64,000 nt of DNA, taken from positions 6,127,396 to 6,191,395 of the forward strand of contig JBNZDD010013700.1 in assembly GCA_050575255.1 (NCBI GenBank), read 5' to 3'. A program made the translations under genes and the position numbers. Below the pieces are notes generated by a model. That model was given only the letters and a program-made list of their open reading frames with translations. It did no database searches and was not told where the DNA came from. This document shows, piece after piece, positions 49,424 to 62,189 of the stretch. Numbering within the stretch: position 1 is the stretch's first letter; the number at the start of each line of letters is the position of its first letter. This DNA comes from Harriotta raleighana (lineage: Eukaryota).

Positions 49424-50109
49424 TATCTCCAGTTACCAAAAGGTATCCCTATTTGCCGTTGTTAAAGAATCCTCTTTTAAAATGTTCTAGATTTACATCA
49501 CAGTACAAATGTATTTCTAGAGGGAAATTTGGACGGTAGACCTTCAAAGATAACTCCAAATCAGATTTTAGCTGTTTGTTCTGAATTGACCCATTTTGGA
49601 TATCTCAGATATCTCTGCCCATCCCAGATAATTGTGGTGACAGGCGGTGTATCAAGTATTGTCCAAGGTTATTTATAAAACTGGCTTTCCTATTCAACAG
49701 TCATAAGCCAAGAAATAGAACAATACTCTATTGAATCCAAATCTGAAATCTGGACTCACATTCCCACACATCAGGCTCAGAAAGCTGGAGTGCAGGTGAC
49801 ACCAATGCATGGTTGTATCAAAATGACCAAAATGTTAATGCCTTGGTCACAAGTGTCACTTAGTAAGTCCTGTAGCTGGAAGACATGAAAAGCACTATAT
49901 GAAATGCAAGGATTATTATTAGCTGGATTGTGTATAATTACACTTATTGTGTAAATGTTTCCTCTGGATGTTATTAAAGTCATCAGAAGTATATTCTCAA
50001 AATATTACTCTGAATTGGTTTACACCAAATTACTAATTCCCAAATTAATTCATGTCTTTGTTAAAAGTAAAACTTCCAATGCTATAGGAATCCCAAGTGT
50101 GTGGCTTGC

Positions 50110-50360
50110 TATTGAGCCCACAGAATAGAAAAGTCCTCAATTTGATCTCTTATGATACTGAACAAAACTGTGAAGTGCTTCAACTGGCCTCAGTGCCTCA
50201 GGACTAGGGAGAGGAAAATCAGTAGGAGATCAGCTGCTATCATACTCTACATGCTCAAAAATTGATATGGAACAAGTTCAGAATCAGGTTACCCTGAGAT
50301 ACACCCAGAGTCCAATTGCCTGCTGATAGTCAATGACTAGATTTATTGATGAAAAACATC
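50110..50360 (+). mobile_element. Ancient SINE fragment resembling AmnSINE2
   Basis: CAACTGGCCTCAGTGCCTCAGGACTAGGGAGAGGAAAATCAG...TGCCTGCTGA resembles the recalled AmnSINE2 consensus; not verified by search. Confidence 0.45.
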
Positions 50361-50419
50361 TCAAATGAAGAGCAATGAATGGAACACCTTAAATAATTTC
50401 CCTCACATTCTCACATTAG

Positions 50420-50760
50420 GATTTGGGGGTTTACAATCCAGTATGCTACCGGGGAGTATCGCATATTAATAAGTGATGTCCTTCTGATGAGATTTTAAAC
50501 CAAACCTGTGTCTGTCTGTTCAGGTGAATGTTAAAAATCACATTGCACTATGTGAAAACAAAAAGAGGTTCCTCTCAGTATCATTGTCAATAAACTTCCT
50601 GATAAATTGATCATTTTGTGGTGTTTGGTAGAACTTGCTGTTTGTTACTTGGCTGCTTTATTTGTCCACAAAACCAATCATCCTGAACAGCAATTACCTT
50701 TGACACACTTTAAGATATTTATAGACACCTTATTAATTGCATTGATTATTATTTATTATT
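50420..50760 (+). mobile_element. Degenerate Deu-domain SINE
   Basis: GTCCTTCTGATGAGATTTTAAACC...CTGTTCAGGTGAATGTTAAAAATC core. Confidence 0.65.
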
Positions 50761-51240
50761 GATTGACCTGATTTTTTTTTAAAATAGCAAAATGTTCAGC
50801 TATGAATTATCTTTGGCTTTTTTAAAACCAAGAAATGAATGAAACTATTATCTCTGCCACTGGGGAGATGCTGAGTGGAGACCTGATATTTCCCTACAGG
50901 GACTAAAAGAAATCAGAGGGTTAGTCACCCTGACTCGCTCTTGTAGTCTGTTACCAGCTGGATTAATAGCAACATTAACAGATGCCAGGCAGAACATCCC
51001 TCATCAGAACAGTGTAAAGGTGCAGCAGTGAAACAAGTGAAACAAATTGACAAAAAAATCACTAAAAATATGCGGTACCAGGCATTTGTCAGTAAGTATA
51101 CAGCTACTACAATTCCCAATGATGCACGTTGAGATATGTCAATGTTATAGGCACTGCATCAAATAAAATAATAATTATTATGTTATTAGAATGTAATATA
51201 GAAGAAAGTAGTTGCATTCATGAACTGCTTGTGAAGTTAA

Positions 51241-51680
51241 AACAACGACACCAATAAAATCACACTTGTATAGCGCTTTTCATGCCAGGAGGACATCCCA
51301 AGGCACTGGATAGTCATTGTTTCAGACCCAAGCTGGGGTCGGGGATAGGAGGGTGGAGAGAAAAGCGGCGATTTGGGGTGACCGATGGGACCATCAAAGA
51401 GGAGGTTCTTGAGTGCTGATAGATAGGGAGAAGTTGATGATGTCAATTAGGAGGGTGGGCTAGGAGGTGGAGCTGCGAGATGCGGGGGTGGGAGGGAGTG
51501 GATCCTGGGGGAGAGGTAATCAGGAGGTATTAGTGGATGGGGTTGAGGTGACTCAATGAAGTCCAGCATCTCCTTGCAGTTGGAGGATACGATGGGTGAG
51601 GCATGGGAGAGTGGACGGAGGAGATGGTTTGTGCTGGAGAAGAGGAGCTTGGGGTTGTCCTTGGCCTCCAAGATTAGTAC
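51241..51680 (-). mobile_element. L2 fragments
   Basis: L2 tail at 51241-51310; minus ORF ILEAKDNPKLLFSSTNHLL matches L2 ORF2 NPKxLFxTxNxLL. Confidence 0.75.
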
Positions 51681-51999
51681 AGATGAACAACAACAACAAT
51701 TTGTGTCGGTATATGTGGGTCCCTCCATGCAAGATACTGGAACTTAATGTGCTTTAATGTAATTAACGTAATTTTAATTGCTTGGCCTCAAGACTGAGGG
51801 CTAGTAAATGACCAGAGTCAATGGTCCACAGAGAAAGATGTTAGTTTATTACCATTATAAATATTGCAAATGTACTTAGTTTACATACAGTCACTTTAGC
51901 TATCTGCCATCTTAGTAACATATTTTTGAAACCTGATCAAGAATTGTACACTTTTATAGGACCTTACAATTATTATATACAGTATTTGGGTACAGAGGT

Positions 52000-52340
52000 T
52001 TCTGTCTGGGTGTGTCTGACACATGCAGAAACCCATCACCTATCTTAAAAGTACCCAAACCAGAGTTCCACATATATATCACCTATACATGGAAACTTCC
52101 CTGTGACTGGATGGAAATGCACATTCTCTCCACAGAGAATATTAGGCACAGGTTGGCAAGAGCCAAGGCTTGTGGGACTCCAGAGTGTCTGTTGGGATAC
52201 TGCCGGAATTTGACCAATTAAAACTGTATAGCTTGCCATTGAGAGTTCTGTATGACAAGTTTCTGTTGCTTATCCAGCCAGGATTATTCGGTTTGTTGCA
52301 GGATTAACGTATATCTGAGTGGGTAGAACCACCTGCTGCC
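52000..52340 (+). repeat. Unclassified interspersed repeat, copy 2
   Basis: Homologous to 30320-30650 in reverse orientation. Confidence 0.75.
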
Positions 52341-53049
52341 TCTAAGTACTGCCGATATGCCAGGCTGGTTGGTCTCTTATTAGCAGTGCCCTGAAGTACA
52401 GCTGACCCGACTCGCTGGGGAATCTTGATAACCAGTCAAGCTCCAAGGAGATCCGACTTACCCCCTACTGTCGAATGATAACAGCTTAAAAAGATATTCA
52501 AGTGAAAACAGTATGATTGGATGTGACCTATTTGATATTTTATTTTGTTGTTCTTTCATCAATACGGTTGAGATTTAAGCACATACATTTCTACTGTACT
52601 AATAGTTGTATTGTGCCAAGATAGTTTGCAAGATGATGGCACTTTTTATGTTGAGCATGGGTCCATTACTGGCCGAGCTGAATCCAACCCAAATACAGTA
52701 CTTGTATATCTTCCGACTTCCTCCTGAAGTGAAAGGCGCTATGGAAATGCAATTTGGGATTATATCTACAGCGCTGGTTTCTGTTAAGTAGTAGTTCTGA
52801 CAAGGCCTTTCCCTCTGACTTCCATTTAACATTCCTGCTCATGTATATTCCCAATCTTTAACTTCATACACTGCATAATTTGTGTGTTGCGCTCCAAGTC
52901 TTTAATTAAGTCTTTAAATGTTTCAGTTTATTTTAGCTTGTAAGCTAAATCATCTGCACTGACCCTTCATGTGTCAAAAAGCAACACTTCAGGCTCATGA
53001 CCCAAACGTTTTTGCCATTTCCACACTGTAACTAGTTCCAGTTTGGACA

Positions 53050-53342
53050 GTCTCTCCTTCCCCCTAGCCCAACCCCTTCCCTTGCCATCATTTCCCCCTT
53101 TCTCCCCTAACCCCACTTCCATGACTGTTTGTGGGACACTGCTGTGCGCAATTTGGCTGCCGCGTTTCACCCACAAATATACAGTCAATTTTTTCCTACT
53201 TTCCTTCCCCTGACCCCTTCCACCAACCTCCCCTTCCTATCCACCCCCCTGCCCCGCTCTGATCTCTACTTGACTGTATAGCGCCTTCGGACATCCTCCC
53301 AACGTGAAAGGCACTATATAAATGTAATATTGATTGATTGAT
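53050..53342 (+). mobile_element. 5'-truncated copy of the (TTGA)n-tailed SINE variant
   Basis: Pyrimidine tract, CCCCACTTCCATGACTGTTTGTGGGACAC core, TTCCTACTTTCCTTCC linker, L2-type end, ATTGATTGATTGATT. Confidence 0.75.
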
Positions 53343-53641
53343 TAATGCATTAATGTTTTCAAATACTCTCAAAACCTTTCCATTCATGTGCAGTATCACA
53401 TTACAGGGCTTATGGAGGAGATTGTATAAGAAAAGTTCTACAGTCTGTTTCAATGAAAGCAGTTTGGCAAATTAAAGCTTTATTTTTTAAAAATCCTCCC
53501 TCAACTATTCCCAAAAATGTATTTTCTCCAGAAACCAAAGCTTCTTCAATTAAAGCCCCTAGTGGATAAAGCAGTGGATAGAGTGAAGTGAGGATTTTAT
53601 CTGACTGATGCTAAAACACATGACACTTTCTGATATTCTGT

Positions 53642-53835
53642 TAGAATAGTAGAAATTTACAGCACAGAAGGAGATCATTTCTTCATTGTTTCTGTACCAG
53701 TTATCAGAGCAAGCTGTTCAATCAATCCCCCTACCCTATCTCCACATCACTTCAAGCCTCTATCTTTTATATACATGCTTCTACCATCTTAGTTGGTAGG
53801 TCATTTCACATTCCAACTACTCTCTGTGTAAAGCA
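53642..53835 (-). mobile_element. Degenerate CR1 3' end
   Basis: TAGAATAGTAGAAATTTACAGCACAGAAGGAGATCATT is a reversed CR1 tail. Confidence 0.65.
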
Positions 53836-55784
53836 ATTCTAGTAGATTTTTCTTTCTAGCGCTCCAAGATGCCGTCCAGCATGAAGGGGATTACATAAAT
53901 GCAAGTTGTTGTTGTTCTTGTTTCTAGGCTAGAAACACTGCTTCTATACCTATTAAAGACATCATTGAGGTAACCCTACAGGTGTAGGCAATTACCTCCC
54001 AAGGATTTTGAGATTGTTTTGATATTAAAAGCACTATTTCAAATACTGTACAAAGATTATTATTTAATAATCGAGGATAATACTCCAATCAGCAATTTAC
54101 ACCTAACTGGGCGATGACACCAAATGGGATGAAGGCAGTTGATTTCTGCTCATTCCAGATATCTAAGGTAACAATTTCTGCTTAGATATTGGACACAAAT
54201 TTCCACTACTGTGCTGAGCAGCACTGCTCAAACCAGCTGTCACCTCTCCTCCTTCTAAACCTGAAGTGAACTGAAAGATTGCTCACATCAAAGTACCAGC
54301 ATACTTTTAGTTCTGTTCATACACCTCAAAGGCATTCCATGTTTGTCGGAAGCACTGCTGTCTTCTTTAAAGCTTCGTTTATACTGGCCGTTTGTCAGCA
54401 AATTCCTACAATTGTGCTAGTGGTTTGCCACCAAGCGTAGAGTATAAATTGGGATGTTTCACACTGGAGACCTGCTCCATTGGTTGAGGTGTTTTCAGTA
54501 AGTTGCAAGGTGCCCACTATAGTATAAATACATCCGGTGGAAATTTAACAGGCTTCCCTCCCCTGTGTCCATGACTACAAGATCCTATAGAATAAATAGC
54601 AAATTTTGCACGATTATTATTACTATGTCCTGTGGATCTGGTGAGATTCTGTTGGATAAACTATAAATCCCGTTGAAAGATTTTGGCAGGAGGATAATTA
54701 AAAAACTTTAAACCAACTACAGTATTTTATTAGAAGCAAGAAAAGACTTGTGCTGTTTCATAAGCCACCAGTCAACACAGTTTGCAATTCTGTGGTTCAT
54801 GGAAAGCAGAATGAATAACAGGCCACCACTCTGATATACTACACACACACAATTTTTTAACAGCTTTTGCTTTTTAACATCTAGAGCAAAAGATAGTTGA
54901 GGTTTGAAAGAATATTTTAATCTAAAACACAAAGCTATTCGTCATTTCAAAGTTATGCCTTCTAAACAAATACATAATCTTTGCATTTATTGATGCACAA
55001 ATGCTTATTTCTACGTCAACATGAAATCCAGCGCTCTTCTATTTGTGCTGAAGGCAGAGAAGTAGTGACATAGTTTGCTAAAAGCAAACTAGTGTCCAAA
55101 GCAAGCAGGGAATGAGCATGTTCTATAATTCCTGAGTTATCTGCGAGGCATCTTGTTCGAACACAAAAGCATATCTTCAGTTTTTGTGAAAGTCATAAGA
55201 ATTTTATTACATCCCTAAAATATCTCTGTAAATTTTTCATATTTTTTCAAAGCTTTTAATAACACACTTTGAATTTACTGTCTTTGTTGCATGCACCATA
55301 ATAGACAGCTTCTTCCAGTTCAATGGAATTTCTATTTTAACAGAATTGTGCATAAGTGCACCATATGATCAAAACACTATAATTGGTATAGTTGTCATTG
55401 CTGGACAAGTACAATGCTGTGAGATTACAAAATAATACATCTTAGATCCCTATTTTATACTAAAGTACCCCCTTATATCTCTTGAAGCATATGTTTTAAG
55501 ATAAACATATCACAATTCCTGTCTTGTATCATTAAAAAATATTCAATGATTGCTTTTCGGGGTGTATTTTATTTTTTAATATTACTCTTGTTATTCCCCT
55601 TATCTCTATGAACTATGACTTTGCTGCAGCATAGAGGACAGATGGGAATATTTGTTCTGAGACCTTTCTGAATCATGTTCTTCAAGCACCCAGGAGCAAA
55701 TGTGAACAGCTTTTTTGAAGACCTTGTCTGATATTCCCTGTAGATGATTTGATTGAGGTATTTAAAATAATGAAACAAATTGGT

Positions 55785-56053
55785 AATAATAATAAACCTT
55801 GCATTTGATATCGTGCTTTTTATGTCTTCTAGACATCTCAAAGCACTTCACAGAATGTACTGTAAAGTGAATTGACTGTATATTTTGTGAGTGAAACATG
55901 GCAGCCAATTGTGCACAGCAGTGTCCCACAAACAGTTGTGGATTGAAATGACCAATATTTTTTGAGGGATCATTATCAGGCATGTGGAGTAAGGAAACTT
56001 GCCCAAGGTTTCGCCTTGCCTGGAATTGAACCCGGATTCTCGTTTGTAAGGCA
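55785..56053 (-). mobile_element. tRNA-SINE, nearly full length
   Basis: (TAA)n tail; GGAGTAAGGAAACTTGCCCAAGGTTTCGCC; B box region GGAATTGAACCCGG. Confidence 0.9.
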
Positions 56054-56361
56054 AAAAGGGTGAGATATTGCACTTTTCAAAAATCTGCCGAGATATAATA
56101 AACCGATAGTACTGGCTCAATGGGTTTAGTGTCCTCTTCCTACTCCTATGCTCCTTTAATGATCCTTGCCTCTATTTGGCAATTGACACAATTTCTTCCA
56201 ATGTCCAAGATAACAATCCCCCATATAAAATTGGTCATTTACTTTCTGGTTGTTTGTGGGATATTTCTGTGTTCAAATTGGCTGTGGATTTGCACACACA
56301 GTCACCACAATTCATCATAAATCTTGTGAAGTACCACTAAATATTTCGATATCATTATCTA

Positions 56362-57340
56362 ATATATATTAATGATCTGGACTTGGGCATAAAGAGCACT
56401 ATTTCCAAGTTTGCAGATGATACAAAATTAGGTAGGATAGTAAATAGTGAGGAGGACTGTAACCAACTGCAAGCAGACATACACAGAATGGTGGAATGGG
56501 CTGACATGTGGCAGGTGGATTTCAATGTGGATACATGTGAGACGATACACTTAGGTAGGAAAAATGATAGGAGACAATATAGACTTGGTAGCATAATCTT
56601 AAGGGGGGTGAACGTACAGAGAGATCTGGGTGTTCAAGTAAGCTAATCATTAAAGGTAGCAGGGCAGGTAGATAAGGCAGTAAAAAAGGCATTTGGTGTA
56701 CTGAGCTTTATTAGTAGGGGCATAGAGTATAAGAGTAGGGAGGTTATGCTTAATCAATACAAAACACTGGTTAGGCCTCAGCTGGAGTACTGCGTCCAGT
56801 TCTGGGCACCTTACTTCAGGAAGGACATTAAGGCACTGGAAAGGGTGCAGAGGCGATTCACGAGAATGATTCCAGGAATGGGAAACCTTAGCTATGAGGA
56901 CAGGCTGGAGAAGTTAGGACTTTTCCCATTAGAGCAGAGAAGGTTACCCGGGGACCTGATAGAGGTCTTCAAGATCTTGAAAGGTTTCGACAGGCTAGAT
57001 AGGGAAAAGCTGTTTCCACTGGTAGGTGTCTCTGTGATCTGTGCTCACAGTCTTAAGATATCTACTAAAAGAAGCAGCGGGGAGGTTAGAAGAATTTTTT
57101 TCACTCAGAGAGTTGTTTGAATATGGAATGATCTGCCTGAAAGGGTAGTGAGGTCCGATTCAATAGCAGCTTTTAAGAGAGAACTGGATAGGTATCTGGG
57201 GAAGATGGATTTGCAGGGTTATGGGGAGAAAACTGGTGATTGTGATTAATAAAAGTGACATTGCTCTGTCAAAGAGCCGGCACAGACTCGATGGGCCGAA
57301 TGGCCTCCTTCTGTGCCGTAACATTCTATGATTCTATGAT
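56362..57340 (+). mobile_element. CR1 LINE, 5'-truncated, disrupted ORF2
   Basis: [50 protein letters not shown]; in-frame stops; (ATTCTATG)2 tail. Confidence 0.97.
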
Positions 57341-57497
57341 ATGGAATAAGCAAATTTGTCTATGATTTCACACTGCCTGGAATCGAACCCAGGTATCTCG
57401 CTTGCTAACCACTGAGCTACAGGACACCACCAAAGGACAGAGAGTCACAATGGTCTGGTGAGGGTTACATTAAAAATAAGTAAAAACACATGAATTC

Positions 57498-58035
57498 AAA
57501 ACAACAACAACAAAATTACACTTCTTTAGCACCTTTCACGTCGGGAGGATGTCTCAAAGAGCTGAAAAATCAGGTCGGGACCCGAGCAGGTGGGGGAGGG
57601 TCGGGAGTAGAGGGAAGGGGAAGGAAAGTGGGAGAGGGGGATGAGTTAGGGGGGGAAGCTGAAGGTGCGGTTGAAGAGGAAGGTCTTGAGACCAGTATTG
57701 AAGGAGGAAAGGGAGGAAACAAGGCAGAGGGTCTGTGGATGGAGTTAAATATTGTGGGGGCAGAGAGGCTGAAAGCCCGCCACCAATGGTTGGGCAGTTA
57801 GGGCAGTGGACGCAGAGCAGGCCTGAGTGTGCTGAACGGAGGGTGCGGGCAGGTTGATAGGGAGACAGCAGGTCAGAGAGATAGGTGGAGGCAAGGCCGT
57901 GAATGGCCTTGAAAGTGAGGATGAGGATCTTGAATTTGATCCTCTGGGGGATGGGGAACCAGTGGAGATGGGCAAGGGTGGAAATGATGTGGTCACGAAG
58001 CCTGGTGTGGGAGAGTACAAAAGCTGCAGCTGCAG
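57498..58035 (-). mobile_element. L2 3' fragment
   Basis: HIISTLAHLHWFPIPQRIKFKILILTFKAIHGLASTYLSDLL..YQPARTLRS; (CAA)n tail. Confidence 0.93.
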
Positions 58036-59394
58036 CTACAGAAAACAGGGATTTGGGAAGAACAGCATGAGCACGAATAGAATAGAACAGGAGTAGAGTG
58101 ACCAAAAACCAGGGCACTCCTAGTCAGGTCAGGCATCTGGAAAGCTTTGTATAGATGGAAATCTGTGAGACCACAGACTCATATAATCAGAAATCCTGAA
58201 GAACGTGCCCAATACTACTGAAGCTCAATGCCGCTATGGAAGGATGGTAGGGTGGATATTTGGAAGAGAACAGAAGGTGTGAAAGACCTTTTTCATCTGA
58301 ACTAATCTTGTGATCATGTTAACTGCAATTACTTTCCTCTAGGCATGGATGGAGCCCAATGGTGAGGAAGCCCATGGTTCAGAATGGTCGGCCATTAAGA
58401 CTGAAGGAAAGCAGTTTGGAGATGGAAATGCAAAAAATAGAGTGGTTACAAGTCTAAGGAAGGTTTATTTTAACAAAAGGGTTTAAAATATTCACAAACC
58501 AGAATCCAGGATGACCATTTGAATAATTATTGTTTTAAAATAGATTCCAGCACCATCTTGTGGTGGAACTGGGACTCTCATTTCCAATGGACGTGTGTTA
58601 ACACAGTGTAAGTTTAACTGTCCTGTTAGCTTCATAAGAATATATATTGCATCTTAAAGGTCTCCATTTATTTATCTCAAACCCCCGAGGCTATGTGTCA
58701 TATGTCTCAGAATTATTACAGCATGTTAACATTAATTTGTCAGCTGCCTTTATAATCTATTGTTGCATTGGAGATATGTAACCTAGATCAAAAAAATCTG
58801 TATCAGATGTGTTCCAGACCTGTAAAACACAACTACACATGTGATAGCAACTAGTCTTTGTTTTTCAATGAATAAGACATTATTTAGATGAGGGTGACAG
58901 ACTAGATCTTGCTACTGTAGTAAATGATCCTTGCACTTAATATAATACCTTTATCAAATTGACAAAACATCTCAATGAAATTTTATTGCAAAGTGACTTG
59001 TCATCTATTAGCAAACAAATATACAGTGTAAAAATGAGTAATCTATTTGCTATATGGCTGGTTATGGGACATTGCAATGTGCAAATTGGATGTTATCCTT
59101 TTTGCCTCCAAAAGCTACACAAACACTAAACTTTACAGATTATCCTGTGAAGCATTTTAAGGCATTTTCCTGATGTGAAAGGCGCTATATCAAATACCGT
59201 ATAAGGATTTTTGTAATCAGATGATTGAGAAAATTTGCAGAGAGGTATTAGATGTAAAATATTAGATGTGAAATGGTATGTTTGCATTTTAGCGTGTGTG
59301 AAAGTAACCATTATTTAGAGATTTTACATTTCTCCCATGCAATTCATTTCACATTTCACAGAAATCATTTCATACAAGTCGTATAAGAAGAATG

Positions 59395-59780
59395 GTGAAG
59401 GAATCTGAAACTGTCTGTATGACAAAAACAAGACTTTCAGGTGACCCAAATGAAGTTTGCAAAATCATGAAGATGACTCACAAACTGCTTATGAGATCAT
59501 ACATTTCCAGGGGATACAAATTAAAAGTCAGCAACATTGCATTAAGAAAGGAAGACAGGCAGGACATTTTTTTATATAACGAGTAATAGAGATTTGTGGA
59601 ATAAATTTCCAGAGAAGGGCATTAAAGCGCACTGTATAAATGGACTCAAGGAGCAACTGGACGTCTTTCTGGAGAGAGTAAAGAAATTGAAGGATATGGT
59701 GAGAAGGGAGGTAGCAGGGATTGATCAAACAAGAAAAGACAGATTTGTTATGGCTAATGGCCTTTTCCTGTTCCTTAAAA
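59395..59780 (+). mobile_element. Old CR1 3' fragment
   Basis: RLSGDPNEVCKIMK, SRGYKLK, WNKFP...INGLKEQLDVFL. Confidence 0.7.
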
Positions 59781-60544
59781 TTCTTCGGCGCTGATGTCTA
59801 AAAGAGCCATTAATAACACTAATAGGTTCCCAAATGAGTTATGTTCATTGGTTCAATGAATCAATGCAGTATTTCACAAAATGAAAAGGATGAGCCTGTG
59901 TATAGAAAGAAAAAACAAATGTAAGAGGCAGACTTTCAAATTCATAAAGTGCTTCTCCAAAGAAAGAGAGAATCAACTGAAAAGTGTAACAATTTATGCC
60001 ACTCTCACCTATCTGGAGAATAATAATACAGTAATAGTTTCGCTGCGCATTTCCCAGAGGCTTGAGAGCAAATAGTTTCCACTTGTCCTTTTCGCAAAAG
60101 AATTGTCCAAACCTCATTTGAAGAACCTTTGTTCCTATTTATCATATGTTCCTATGCGTCTTTTATGGTCTGAGTGATATATCATTTTCATGAGCAGTTG
60201 CAATAATACTGCTCTGGATGGGAATAAACATATGTATTATTAGATGGACAAGTCAGCATTGTGATTATGATAATGGTGATATTCGATTTATACACACTTA
60301 ATGCTTTCTGATCAGAACTCAGATATTATTACAATAATGGAGTGTTAGTTTGGATCATAAAGCATGCCCCTTTCAATATATGTGTGGAATTTATATGTAT
60401 TAATCTGCAGCAGGTTTTAGTGTAATTTATATTCTTAAAAGTTGTATGTTTAATTAATTTGAATATGTAAATGGTGGATTCATATTCCTGCTACATAGCA
60501 AACAATATAATCCATAATGGTCAGTAGCAATGTTCACCCTCTAC

Positions 60545-60905
60545 ATAGAATTACATAGGTAGGGCAAAAGAACAAGCCATGTGGCCCAATTAGATTGTGT
60601 ATACTCCACACAATCTTACACCCATCTTTTCTCCTCTCCAATTCCGCTTTATTCTTTTATCCCACATGTACATCCCTATTTATTCTTTTTTTAAAAATTC
60701 TAACTACTGTACAGATTCCAGCAACCAGCAAGTTTCACATTCTCACCACCCTCTACAAAAGACGTTCCTCCTAAACTCCTTATTAGATTCACTACTCTTG
60801 TATATCTATGGTCTCTTGTATTAGACTCATCAACAAGTGGAAATAGTCTATCAACACATGTGTAACACATGCGGAAATCCATCACTTTGTTTAATCTATT
60901 CCAAA
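60545..60905 (-). mobile_element. Old CR1 3' fragment
   Basis: Minus ORF VDRLFPLVDESNTRDHRY; reversed tail CATAGAATTAC..GCCATGTGGCCCA. Confidence 0.7.
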
Positions 60906-61231
60906 CTAAACAGAGTTTTAAGGATCTCATTCATCAGCACGTGGAAACATCCATGTATTGAATTGGAATACAACATTCTAGAGGGACTCATTCTGCTTAA
61001 CTAATTCTGGAGAGTGTAGTAGGCACATGCAGCGTCTGAAAGAGAGATGTAGATTAACTGTGAGCCTTCAACAGAACGATGAAATGATACTTCAGCAAAC
61101 AACAGATTTGAGGATAACAAAAACATCACCTGCTGAGAAAACAAGAGCAAACAAATTTGAGCCAAATATCTAAATTGATAACTGAGGAGAATTCCTAAAA
61201 TTGGCTATGAACACTGATAGAAACACTTATC

Positions 61232-61470
61232 ATAATAATGCTTTTATTTGATGTAGTGCCTTTCACATCAGGATCACCTCTCAAATTGCTTCACAGGATT
61301 GCTGTAAAATAGTACTGTGTATTTTATAGGTGAACACGACAGCTAATTTGCGACAGAAATGTCTTACAAACAGTCGCAAAGTGAATGACCACTTTTTATC
61401 TGCCGGATTGTTGGCCAGGACACTGGGAGAAATTCCCTTCATTTTTTGGAATAATGCACCCTTAAAATGC
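61232..61470 (-). mobile_element. Deu-domain SINE 3' half
   Basis: GTGAATGACC...GGATTGTTGGCCAGGACACTGGGAGAAATTCCC. Confidence 0.7.
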
Positions 61471-62189
61471 ACTTGTGCACAAATATGAATAGAACTAGAT
61501 AGACAAATCTGTTCAAAAGTTTGCAGGATTGAAATATAGCCCAAAGAAACAATTCTGGCTGGGCATCTACAGAACTTACTGTGGCATTTTAGAAAGGAGA
61601 GGAGGACACAACCTTCAAATAAATTATTTTATTTTGATCGATCCAGAGCTGCCATAAAATCTACAAAAGGCAGAGAAGCACATGTTAAGTAGTATATTCA
61701 CATTATGAAGGTGATAAAAGATTTAATTTGTAAATGGCCTGTGGCTGAGTTAGAAGTGCCACTAAGTGTCACTGAATTGCTCATTTTTGTTAACTTATGT
61801 TCTCGATAATCACCATCTGCGAATGGTGTGTGATATATGTGATTTGAAGTGCAGTGAATGAGGACAGAACACACTGCTGCAGATTGTCCTGCATTATCAG
61901 AGCTAGTGATGTTAAAAGCATGTGTTTTACAGAGGGTGTGGTCTGCCTTGACACATGAACATTGCTAACTGGATATTTATACACTTGTACATTAAGTGGT
62001 CAATCTCTGATCATCAGTGAATTTACTAGCCTTGTGTTGTGAGCTCCTTATGATAATTTCACATTATAATCACACATCACCAAGAAGAGTGAATACACCA
62101 ACCAGCAGGGAATAAAATATGTTCACTTGCCAAGGTCAATAAATTTATTGAGAATCAGCTTTTGATAAATAATATATAATATAATGATA

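Noticed and set aside
50960-51020. Second hammerhead candidate (CTGATGA on the minus strand); also CTGATGA at about 23449 and 50484
   Set aside because: No correctly placed GAAA or stems; the 50484 instance is part of the Deu SINE core.
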